Positions 36,365-47,417 of a stretch of 64,000 bases of DNA are shown piece by piece. This stretch comes from Mytilus californianus (lineage: Eukaryota): NCBI RefSeq assembly GCF_021869535.1, contig NW_026262696.1:1612001-1676000 (forward strand), given 5' to 3'. The position numbers were made by a program, and so were the translations under genes. Positions within the stretch are counted from its first letter, which is position 1; the number at the start of each line of letters is the position of its first letter. The notes under the pieces were generated by a model that had not been told where the DNA came from, searched no databases, and saw only the letters and a program-made list of their open reading frames with translations.

Positions 36365-38465
36365 AACAAGAGGCTCTCAAGAGCCTGAATCGCTCAGCTG
36401 TATTTTTTGTTTTGCTTAAATTTTTCATCAATGATTATTTTTGCTTTTAAATATATATTAATGAGTGGCTTAAAATGCCATTTAAATGATCTTTGTATCT
36501 GTTATATTTTCTTCAAAGCAAAAAAATGCATTTTACCCCTATGTTCCATTTTAGCCATAGTGGCTATGTTTATTGACATACAAGGAAATAAAATACTAAA
36601 TTTATACTAGATACTCTGAAACTCATTCAGCCCAAGTTTGGCTGAAATTGATTCAACAGTGTCAAATGATAAGATTTTTTAAAGTAAGCAAACTAGATGA
36701 ACAAATTGTGAAAAATTGTCTTTAATGGACAATAACTCCTTAAGGGGTCAATTGGCAATTTTGGTCATATACAAAATTATTTGAAGATGTTACTTTGCTG
36801 AACATTTTTGCTGTTCACAGTTTATCTTTATCTATAATAATATTCAAGATAATAACCGAAAACTGAAAAATTTCCTTAAAATCATCAATTTAGGGGCAAT
36901 AACCTCAAAATCAGATACCCTATTTTGCTGATAATTTCAGGGCAGGTAGACCTTGACCTAATGAATACTTTAACTTCCTGTCTGATTTGCTCTAAATGCT
37001 TTAGGTTTTGAGATATAAATCAAAAACTGCATTTTACCCTATGTTCTATGTTTAGCCATGTTTTCTGAGGAAACAGAAAATAAAACACAAACTTTATTCT
37101 AGATAACCTAAGAATCATTCAGCTTAAGTTTTGGTTTAATTTGGTTCAGTACAGGGGTTAAAAAAAATTGTTACAGCTCACTAGCCCAGGACTTATTGGT
37201 AGCAGGATTTTACTAGCCCTGTTGAAAGAGCTGCTAGCCCATCAAAACTGACCTGCTAGCCCGAGTATACCTTACAAATTTAGAGTGGGTGTCCCTTGTT
37301 TTGAATGCGGCATTATACACGGTATTTGATAAAATAAATCAAATAAATTTTTGTTTTATTAATTATAACAAGGATCTCTAGACATCTTTTTGGATATCCC
37401 TTGTACTATGTGTTGTTAAATATTGTCGGGCACAGAAAACATGTTCATTGATCTTGTCATGTCAAACCAGTGGTTCAATTCGTATATTTGTTGTTCCCAC
37501 ATACAAAGCAGACTTTTTATCAGCGTTATCAGGAAAATAACGGCAATATTCACAAAACATCATCTCTTGTTTATCATCAGTAACAGTCGACCTTGCCCAT
37601 GGGGAATCTTTCTGTCCATGACACTATAAATGTTTTTTTCCGCTTTTCCTGGTCGTATTTGGCATTTTTTGGGTATAAATTTTCAGCCTCATTACCCCCT
37701 TCATCTACCGTTTTTCGTTCTGAAACTGACAAAGTTCCTATGGTGGCCGTACTAACATGACTAAAATGTTTAGAAATAATTTGTGCATGGTTTCAAGCTC
37801 AAATTAACAGCATATTCGGTTACAAGTTTTAATTGCCTGAAGTGTAAAAGTCTAGTCCCGGGCGTCGGGCTAGTGGATTTTTTAACCCCTGTCAGTAGTT
37901 TCAGAGGAGAAGATTTTTTAAAGTTAGAAAACATGATAAACAAATTGTGTAAAATTGTCCTTAAAGGTTTGTAACTCCTTACGGGGTCAATTGACAGTTT
38001 TGGTCATATAAAACTTATTTGTAGATCTTACATTGCTGAACATTTTTTCTGTTTACAGTTTATCTTTATCTATAATAATATTCAAGATGATAACCGAAAA
38101 CTGCAAAATTTCCTAATTTACCAATTTAGTGACAGCAACCCATGGTGGCCATGTTTTTTGAAGAAACTTAAAAACAAAACACAAACTTTATTCTGTATAC
38201 CCTATACCCTAAGAATTATTCAGCTTTAGTTTGGTTGGAATTGTTTTAGTAGTTTTAGAGGAGAAGATTTTTTAAAGTTAGAAAACATGATTAACACATT
38301 GTGTAAAATTGTCCTTAAAGGGCAATAACTCCTTAAGGGGTCAATTGACAATTTTGGTCATATTAACTTATTTGTAGAACTTACTTTGTTAAACATTTTT
38401 GCTGTTTACAGTTTATCTTTATCTATAATAATATTCAAGATAATAACCAAAAACTGCAAAATTTC
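36365..38465 (+). mobile_element. HINE-like element or satellite array (aacaagaggctctcaagagcctgaatcgctca start; repeated ataactccttaaggggtcaatt..tatctataataatattcaagata units)
   Basis: Three homologous blocks at about 36700-36880, 37900-38110 and 38270-38460, interrupted by a nested MITE. Confidence 0.65.
37152..37891. mobile_element. 740-bp MITE, perfect 14-bp TIR (CAGGGGTTAAAAAA), 6-bp TSD TCAGTA
   Basis: TSD at 37146-37151 and 37892-37897. Subterminal CTAGCCC motifs (4 left, 1-2 right). The empty site can be reconstructed from a neighbouring satellite unit. Confidence 0.85.
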
Positions 38466-38710
38466 AAATGATTTGTTTAAAACGTTCTAAACAATGGAAA
38501 TTCCACCAATGAAATAACGTTATTTTCATTTTGGTGTACGCACATTGAGATTACCCATAGTCCTTTAGATTTTGAAAAAGGCTAATTATTCAAAGTGATA
38601 AACGAACATTAAGTCCACAAATAAGATTTAAATGAACAAGAAAGAATGATAAAAAAAGTCGGAAGTATAATTTTTCACCTAACATAAATACAATTGAAGT
38701 AATACCGTAC

Positions 38711-39835
38711 CGTTTTCTCCAGTCATTCCTTTATCTCCTTCAGTTCCCCTTTCTCCTGTTATTCCTTTGTCTCCTTGATTTCCCATCATTCCTTTATCAC
38801 CTTGTGTTCCTTTTTCTCCTGTCATTCCCTTAATACCTTGTGTGCCTTTCTCTCCTAACATTCCTTTATCGCCTAATGTGCCTTTGTTTCCTGTCATTCC
38901 TTTATCTCCCAGTGTTCCGTGTTCACCTTTGTCTCCCTGTGTACCTTTTTCACCAGTCATTCCTTTATCTCCTTGAGTTCCTTTATTTCCTGTACCACCT
39001 TTATCCCCTAGAGTTCCCTGTCCACCCTTATCACCTTATCTTCCTTTTGATCCTGTCATTCCTTTAACTCCTTTCATACCCTTGTATCCTTGTTCTCCCT
39101 TCATGCCTTTAGTTCCTTTATCCCCTAGTGTACCCTTTTCTCCCAATTCTCCTTTATCGCCAGAAGTTCCTTTAGCACCACGCTCTCCAGGTTTACCCTT
39201 ATCTCCTTCAGTACCCTTTTGTCCTGTCATACCTTTGTCACCTTGTGTTCCCTTTTCGCCGGTCACACCTTTATCACCCTGTGTTCCTTTTTCTCCTGTC
39301 ATTCCCTTATCCCCTAGTGTACCCTTTTCTCCTGTTTCCCCTTTATCGCCAGAAGTTCCTTTAGCACCACCCTCTCCAGGTTTGCCCTTATCTCCTCCAG
39401 TACCATTTTGTCCTTTCACACCTTTGTCACCTTGTGTTCCCTTTTGGCCGGTCAGACCTTTATTACCCTGTGTTCCTTTTTCTCCAGTCATTCCCTTATC
39501 CCCTAATGTTCCCTTTCCGCCTGCCATTCCTTTGTCACCTTGAGTTCCCTTATTTTTTGTCATTCCTTTGTCACCTTGAGTTCCTTTTTCGCCAGTCAAT
39601 CCTTTGTCACCTTCTGTTCCTTTCTGTCCTGTTATTCCTTTATCTCCAAGTGTTCCTTTCGTGCCAGTCATTCCTTTGTCTCCTTGAGTTCCCTTTTCTC
39701 CTGTCATTCCTTTATCACCTAGTGTTCCTCCTTGTCCCGTCATTCCTTTGTCCCCTTGCGTTCCTTTATTTCCTGTCATTCCCTTATCACCATCAGTTCC
39801 TTTTTCCCCTGTGACTCCTTTATGTCCTTGTGTTC
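38711..39835 (-). pseudogene. Collagen exon C5 (1125 nt = 125 triplets) with in-frame TAA
   Basis: Acceptor tcattgctAG, donor GTACGG, phase 1-1. TAA (probably from CAA) at 39036-39038 and one Gly>Lys (GMT-KNK). Confidence 0.85.
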
Positions 39836-39879
39836 CTAGCAATGATAAGTAATTCATGTGTATTAATGGCTAGTTTAAT

Positions 39880-39985
39880 TATATTCATAATCCACGGTGA
39901 CCTATAGTTTTTAATTTCAGTGTCATTTAGTCTCTTGTGGAGAGTTGTCTCATTGGCAATCATACCACATCTTCTTATTTTATAT
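39880..39985 (-). repeat. Family A copy
   Basis: cggtgacctatagtt...gagagttgtctcattggcaatcataccacatctt. Confidence 0.8.
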
Positions 39986-41134
39986 TATATTTCAATATCT
40001 TAATCTGATCGAATTCCCTATCAAAAAGGTATGAAAAAATGACAAGTTTAAAATGATATCTTGAAATGAAGATTACTCTCAATTGTCAAGGATGCAAGAC
40101 AACTTTTTTTTAACAGACGAGAAGCATTGTTTTTACGGGGCCATACAAATTAGGTCAAAACCACTTTATTGTCTTCCAATGATGCAAAACCAAAGCGAAA
40201 ACAGACACGAACAAGTTTGAGCTTTCTAAAAAGCTGTGGACTGCTTCGCTCTATCCTAATTTAAGGTAATATATGTGCATGTGGTTGTTGATTTAGTATT
40301 GGAAATGTGGTATTTTTAGATATTGATTGATATAAAATGGATGTCTTAGACTTGGAATATCAATTTTTGTATATTTAATAAGATGAACTTTTCTGAAATT
40401 TTAAACTGGCTGTTCGGTGTTTAGTTATCAATATGTTTTTGTGGAGTGTGGTTTTCTAGTTCTTTCAGCTGATCATTGACTTGCGATTTTGATTGCTAGT
40501 TCTGTATATAATTTATTTAGATATATATGAATGTTTAGGTATGTTGATTAAGAGTAACATGATTTCGAGTGATGAAGACAATAACAATCAAAATCAAGGA
40601 GTAAACACAGACTTGTACAACCAAATGATATGTTCACTTTACTTGTTGAAAATTAAAACATTTACAAATAGACATCACTCTGGAGGTGTGCCTCTCTGGA
40701 GGTGTGCCTAGATTGGCAGAAGTTATAAAATACAGATAATGCATTTTTGTAAACATTGTATAGGAACATTGTTAAGCAAACAAATCGTGCATATTGCAGA
40801 TTAACAAAGAAAATAAACGTATTAATAATTGATATTTTAATATTGAATTTCAGTCTGCAATATATGCATAATAAAACGAACATGAATTAATGACAGTTGA
40901 TCGGAACTGAAATACACATAGTTTATTTTCCGCATTTGATGTCTTATTCTGAGACGAAAAAAGTCTGTAATTCTTTATCTCATTCAAGCAAATAGCTGTT
41001 GCTGTATCGCAGCCGCATCATAAAGCAACCAATCAGAATCTATACTAGTATGTGATAAGTAATTATTTCAAGATGGCGAGTTTATCGACTGAAACTTATA
41101 GCTCCGCACCGTGATGCGAAGCAAATAGTGTTTT

Positions 41135-41445
41135 TTCAGGATCATACAAATTAAAACAAAAAAACACGTTATTATCTTCCCATGATGCAACACCAAAGCG
41201 AAAATAGACGAGAAGCATTGTTTACAGGATCATACAAACTAAGTCAAAGCTACTTTATTGTCTTCCTATGATGCAACACCAAAGCGAAAACAGACTAGAA
41301 GCATTGTTTTACACGACCATACAAATTATGTCACAACCGCTTTATCATCTTCCCATGATGCAACACCAAAGCGAAAACAGACGAGAAGCATTGTTGTACA
41401 GGACCATACAAATTAGGTCACAGCTACTTTATTGTCTTCAAATCC
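41135..41445 (+). repeat. About 86-bp tandem repeat, 3.5 copies, with an orphan unit at 40112-40205
   Basis: Anchor gatgcaacaccaaagcgaaaa at 41184, 41270 and 41357. Confidence 0.85.
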
Positions 41446-41549
41446 TCTAGAGTTTACTATTATGCAATATTAGTCCTACTTTAATGAATAACAAAAAAAA
41501 ATAAATAAACAAGCATTTCTAACTGCAAAGCTGTTTGAGTACTCCTTAA

Positions 41550-42164
41550 AGGGGCATTAGCTGTCAAATTTATGTTCACCGATTTGACTCAAATTCTCAT
41601 ATCTGATTTATAACATACTAAAACGTATAAAAAATTATCCAAATTACAATACGTCTGAAATAAACAATTAACAATGCATTGACTCGATAAAGTAACCCGA
41701 TATAAACATAAACATAAATATAAATAGATTGCGACCACGTGCAAGTGGATTTTTCTAGGTCTGTTTGATTCCGTATTATAGGTTGAAAAAAATAGGTTAA
41801 TCATCGTTTTTACCTATAATGAATGATCTTTTGTGGATCGAATCAGTCAACGAAATGGTTCACCTTTGTTTCACTTTCAATGTTGACATTCCTTTCCTTT
41901 TAATGGCTAAACACGCTTAATACATTGGTAACCTATCTCGAGGATCTAGCTTAGGGGTTAAATTGAAGGTCACATGAATACAGATTCAATGAGGTCGAAT
42001 TATTCACTTGCAAGTGAATAATTCACCAGCGATGTTTCTTAGCTTATTGTGAACAAAACTGCCCGCTAAAAGCGAATTATTATTTCACTATTTTTACTTT
42101 CATTAATGATTGAACAAAAAAAAATCATATTTTAATTTTTTATATCTCGTGGCTAATGTCCCGT
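41550..42164. mobile_element. MITE with TTAA target duplication and imperfect purine-starting TIRs (Kolobok-type inference)
   Basis: TTAA|aggggcattagc ... gctaatgtcccgt|TTAA. Confidence 0.55.
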
Positions 42165-42581
42165 TTAAAGACGATATAAAACCATGGTGTTGTTTCGACT
42201 TCTTTGGATATTTCTTTTTAAAGAAAAATGGAAAGAATGGGTATGGTATAATAATTCATGACACAAAACCTCTTCAAGAACTTAGCAAATTCTAAAATTA
42301 CGAAAATATGTCCTTTATAATTGTTCTTAATCTAAAAGTCACAGTATGACATTTAAAATGGTTCAAAGGCTAACATCTCCATTCAAGACGTCAACCATCG
42401 GTTTAAACGCAATTCTTTGCAGAATTTTGATAACTCGACATTTATGCATTGAGTATTAGGGTAAATTGATGTTAACAAATTATAGAGTATAAAAAGCAAA
42501 GAAATCTGAACAATACTGTCATAGTTTGTCTGACAATCTCATTGAAAAATACAAATCATCAAATTGTTTCTTAATATGTAC

Positions 42582-43265
42582 CTGTTACTCCTTTATCGCC
42601 TTGTGTTCCTTTCATTCCTTTGTCTCCTGGTGTTCCTTTGTCTCCTGGTGTTCCTTTGTCTCCAGTAGTTCCTTTCATTCCAGTCATGCCCTTGTCTCCC
42701 AGTGTACCTTTATTTCCCTGCATGCCTTTAACTCCTTTCATTCCTTTGAATCCTGTTTCGCCTTTCATTCCCTTGCTACCTTTGTCACCCTGCGTTCCTG
42801 TCATTCCTTTATCTCCTTGAGTACCTTTGTGTCCTGTCTCTCCCTTATTACCTGTCATGCCCTTGTCACCTTCTGTTCCTTTCTCTCCTGCAATTCCCTT
42901 ATCACCTTGTGTTCCTTTCACTCCTGTTATTCCCTTGTCTCCTTGAGTTCCCTTCTCTCCCGTCATTCCTTTATCTCCATGAGTTCCTTTCGCCCCTTTC
43001 ATTCCCTTATTCCCTTGAGTACCCTTTTCACCCACATCGCCTTCAGTTCCCTTAAGACCTGTCATTCCTTTGTCTCCCTGTGTTCCTTTATTTCCAGCCA
43101 TTCCTTTGTCTCCCTGAGTTCCCTTTTGACCAGTTATTCCTTTGTCCCCATCAGTTCCCTTTTCACCAATGTCGCCTTGTGTTCCTTTTGCCCCTTCTCC
43201 ACCAGTTGCACCTTTGTCACCTAGTGTTCCTTTTTTGCCAGTCATACCTTTGTCGCCTTGTGTAC
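42582..43265 (-). CDS. Collagen exon C4 (684 nt = 76 triplets), intact
   Basis: ORF 42571-43245. AAG acceptor, donor GTACAT, phase 1-1, unbroken Gly-X-Y. Confidence 0.85.
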
Positions 43266-43590
43266 CTTTGTGTGAACAATTTAATTATTTTATTTGTTTT
43301 ATAATGAATATACTTTATTCAAGCCATGCCAAAAATAAAATCCTTAGTATTGTTAGTATTGCAAAAAATAGTCCTTAGTATTTCTTAACTAAAATGCATG
43401 TGTTGTCGTGCTAAGCATACCCCCCCCCCCTTTTGTAATTCAACGTATCATAAAACATGAAGTTGGTATGACATTATCTGCTCAAACGTTAAAACTCATA
43501 ACTGGTGAGCTGCTGACAAAATATGAAGTCATTCTGTTCAGTAGTTTCTTAGAAAAGTGTGCCGGATATGTTTTATGTTCATTCGACATA

Positions 43591-43804
43591 CTGTGGATTC
43601 ATTTATTTTCGTGGATACATGTACCAATTTTCGTGGATTGAGGAAAACTTGGACTTTCGTGGATATTTGATTTCGTGGTTTTCCAAAAGTCTGCATATAT
43701 TCATAAAGAAAATTTGTAATTCGTGAACTATTTCAATTTGTGGTTTCCCTGTATCCACGAAAAACACTAAAATTGGTATCCAACGAATATAAATGAATCC
43801 ACAG
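43591..43804. mobile_element. 214-bp MITE with TA TSD and about 38-bp TIR (Tc1/mariner-type)
   Basis: TA|ctgtggattcatttat.. / ..ataaatgaatccacag|TA. The left TIR carries TACATGTA where the right TIR has TA. Confidence 0.85.
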
Positions 43805-44308
43805 TATCAAACTTTTTTTTTTAAATATCTGTAACCAGGAAGTATGTATTTGACAGATCCAAAAAAAATGCTCATAAAGTTCAAGCTGCTGGCCTAATAT
43901 GAAATCATGCTGTTTAGTAGTTTTTGAGAAAATTGTACCGAATTAAATCGTTAGACGAACAAACTCGACAGAGGAACGCACAGGCCAGAAAACATAAGAT
44001 CGCCTACAAAAACCAATATTATTATTTAAACTGATAATCTTATAAACAAGGGATATCAGTGGAGAACCTGTCACAGTTCTAACTTAGTGCTTGGAAATAT
44101 ATTTATGCTTTACTGTTTCATAGGATCGATAGTTTATTTCACTCTCATGTAAAATAGGTGAAAAAATCCCCCGTGCGTAAAGTTTGTAGTGAGCAGCAAC
44201 ACTGGTGTCAAAAAGGGCAAAATTATGGTACTTTGTGCGCAAAAAATTTATAGATTAAATCGCGAAAAAATCTACATTAACAGTATTTAGCTTTTACCAT
44301 GTACGTAC

Positions 44309-44812
44309 CTTTGTCTCCTCCTTCTCCAGGTGTACCTTTGTCACCTAGTGTGCCCTTTGCTCCAGTCATTCCTTTGTCACCTAGTGTCCCTTTTGGTCCG
44401 GTCATTCCTTTGTTTCCTTGTGTTCCCTTTTCTCCAGCCATACCCTTGTCACCTTGTGTTCCTTTTTTTCCGGTCATACCCTTGTCACCCTGTGTACCCT
44501 TTTCTCCAGTCATTCCTTTATCTCCAGTCATTCCTTTATCTCCTAGTGTTCCCTTTTCTCCTGTCATTCCTTTATCTCCGTCTGTCCCTTTTTGTCCTGT
44601 CATTCCTTTGTCTCCTTGTGTTCCTGTTGATCCTGTCATTCCTTTGTCTCCATCAGTTCCTTTGTCACCATCTGTTCCTTTTTCTCCCGCCATTCCTTTG
44701 ACACCTTTCATTCCTTGCATTCCTTTCATACCTTTGTATCCCGTCTCTCCCTTCATTCATTTGGCTCCTTTATCGCCGAGTGTACCTTTTGGTCCAACAA
44801 CTCCTGGCGCTC
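44309..44812 (-). pseudogene. Collagen exon C3 (504 nt = 56 triplets) with Gly GGA>TGA nonsense
   Basis: Acceptor gatttcaacAG, donor GTACGT, phase 1-1. TGA at 44757-44759 inside the conserved GAK-GMK motif. Confidence 0.85.
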
Positions 44813-45034
44813 CTGTTGAAATCATTCAGATAACATGACTTTAAATTCAGACAAAATTATTAAATAACGTATTGAACTAAATGAGCAGAAGGATGCAACA
44901 TTATATACAAAGATACATGTTTAATCTGTTAATATCAAGGCACTAACGATTTCTAGAAATTTTAAGATACTCGGAAAGAAGTTCTTGTTATATCAAAAAA
45001 TAATATCCAGAACAAAATAATTTACTAATAAATG

Positions 45035-45210
45035 GATTATTAGACCGTTGGTTTTCCCGTTTGAATGGTTTTACACTAGTAATTCTGGGGGCCCTTTATA
45101 GCTTACCGTTCGGTGTGAGCCAAGGCTCCGTGTTGAAGACCGTACTGTGACCTATAATGGTTTACTTTTATAAATTTTGACTTGGATGGAGAGTTGTCTC
45201 ATTGGCACTC
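45035..45210 (-). repeat. Family A subfamily copy; sister copy at 51575-51730
   Basis: ggggccctttatagct..gttcggtgtgagccaa.gctccgtgttgaag..gagttgtctcattggcactcataccacatct occurs in both. Confidence 0.8.
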
Positions 45211-46123
45211 ATACCACATCTTCTTATATCTACTTAGTTTTTCTCTCAGTTTACATTAAGATATCGTTTAATGTTAAATTTTCTCAAACATCAATTACTC
45301 TTTCAACCCATCTCGGAATTATACGAAACTTGGACAGAAGCTTTTTATGATCAAACAACAGAGGAATTTCCAGAGGTTATTTGAAAAATAAGGGTTTCTG
45401 TATTTACTGATAAAAGGACCTTTTTCAGTAATTAACATAAAAATAGAGTCTTGGGTTATTTGTTTTAAGACCTATATAACTGTGTCAAACCTTTTCAGAA
45501 TTTTATGACCCTGTAGCAGAAGTTTTTTCTAGGATTAAGAGATATTCTCGGTGATAAACTTGTAAATATTTCTATTTAAATTCTGTTAGTTTTTTATCTA
45601 AAAGATGGACTTAACTTTTTGTAATTAACATGTAGTATATACATTCTGGGATAAGTGTTTTTTTTTTTACATTAATAACTTTATTAAACCTTCATGGGAT
45701 GTTACGAAACTTGGACAGAAGCTTGATCAAGATCAAGAAATACCATCTGAAGAAAATAATAAATGTTTTTTTATTCTGTCCGTAATTTACCAAAAAAGGA
45801 TGGTTTACTCTGGTAGCAGCAATCGCATTTGCAGACACACGTCACACAGGTTTCCACGGAATCCTTTACGAATTGTATAAATCTAACTACACCTTTTGGA
45901 TATACAAAAACCATCAAACGTCTTTTTCTGACTTATCAGAACTAACAAAAAATAGGGTTGAAATATAATGTGAACCTACATGTATGCATAGTAGTCTTCA
46001 TCTATTAATTTTTTATTCATTTTAAATGCAGTTGCATGATCCATTTCAAAACATGCACACTTATTCACCTTAACTCAAACACGAAAAATCAGTTAAGCTG
46101 ACAAACGAAATAAAATCAAGTAC

Positions 46124-46934
46124 CTTTATCTCCATCTGTTCCCTTATTTCCTGTCATTCCCTTATCTCCTTGTGTTCCTTTCATCCCAGTCATCCCTTTG
46201 TCCCCTTGTGTACCTTTTTCACCAGTCATTCCTTTATCTCCAAGTGTTCCCTTTTCACCCATTGCTCCTTTATCCCCGTCAGTTCCTTTATTTCCTGAAA
46301 ACCCTTTATCACCCTGTGTGCCTTTGTATCCTTTATCTCCTTGTGTTCCCTTTTCGCCTGTCCTTCCCTTGTCTCCTTGTGTTCCTTTCTGTCCAGTCAT
46401 TCCTTTATCTCCAAGAGTTCCCTTTTCGCCGGTCATTCCTTTATCTCCTTGTGTACCTTTCCCTCCAGTCATTCCTTTATCTCCCAGTGTCCCTTTCTCT
46501 CCTGTCGAGAGAGTGCCACGCTCTTTGCACGTTAAGAACCCTTGCAACAACTCTTTGAGGGGTCCGTAGGTGACCTGTTGCAAGGCTAAATTTCTGTCCC
46601 TATCCGATATACCCTCATTTCCCGTGGCACTCTAAATTTCTCCGACCACAATCCCTTAATCTATTACAGAACCTACCTATTGTATTTATTGTGAACTTGT
46701 TCTCGTCCTGAATATGCATGAAATATTTGCCACTGGACGTTAAGCAACCAACAATCAATCAATCAATCTCTCCTGTCATTCCTTTATCACCTTGTGTTCC
46801 TGTTTCTCCTTTGTCACCTGCTGTTCCTTTTTCTCCCGCCATTCCTTTGACACCTTTCATACCCTGCATTCCTTTCATACCCTTATATCCTGCTTCTCCC
46901 TGCATTCCTTTAACTCCTTTATCGCCTTGAGTTC
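46124..46934 (-). pseudogene. Collagen exon C2 (540 nt = 60 triplets once the insert and one TSD copy are removed), split by a SINE
   Basis: Acceptor ttgtaaatAG, donor GTACTT. Removing 46507-46777 restores Gly-X-Y. Read-through meets TGA at 46759-46761. Confidence 0.85.
46507..46768 (+). mobile_element. 5-prime-truncated SINE inserted in exon C2, 9-10-bp TSD (c)TCTCCTGTC, (CAAT)n tail
   Basis: TSD at 46498-46506 and 46769-46777. The tail is shared with three other copies in the window. No tRNA head. Confidence 0.9.
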
Positions 46935-47291
46935 CTATTTACAAATATAAATAAGATTATTTAGAAAGTACAATAATAAGACGCTGATAACATTACTCTT
47001 TGATATATATGTGTTTTACGATATATGGTATAAGTAAACATTTGTATACTAGTACATGTATATGGTTCTGTCCATTTCAATTTTTTATGTCAAAGCTTTT
47101 GTCTTATCTTTGTGGATAATTTTAGGTTCGACCGTATGTTCATTCAAACTGTCATATTTAAAAAAAAAATGTGAAATATTTAAACCGAAACTGTGTTTAT
47201 CGAACAGTTATGAAAAATATATAGGCAGTACCAAAAGGACAACCAAATATTAGGGACATATACTAAGGACAAATGTGTGTCCCCTTTTCAC

Positions 47292-47417
47292 CTTTATCTC
47301 CCTGAGTCCCCTTATCTCCCATCATTCCTTTGTCACCTTGAGTTCCCCTTTATCCTATCATTCCCTTGTCTCCTTGAGTTCCTTTAGAACCTGCTGTACC
47401 ATCCCCACCATCATTTC
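47292..47417 (-). pseudogene. Collagen exon C1 (126 nt = 14 triplets) with in-frame TAA
   Basis: GND-GGD-GTA-GSK-GTQ-GDK-GMI-G*R-GTQ... with stop at 47350-47352. AAG acceptor and GTGAAA donor are inferred from phase and multiple-of-9 length. Confidence 0.65.

Noticed and set aside
26108-46930. Many + strand Pro/Ser/Phe/Leu-rich ORFs (PLSPCVPFSPVI..., FLCLLVFL...) over the collagen blocks
   Set aside because: They are antisense shadows of GGA/GGT-AAA-rich Gly-X-Y codons; they start and stop with the collagen exons and the splice signals are all on the minus strand.
25953-47417. Bacterial or giant-virus origin or contamination of the GDK-rich collagen
   Set aside because: It has canonical spliceosomal introns filled with the same mussel-type repeats as the rest of the window; compositional similarity alone does not show transfer.
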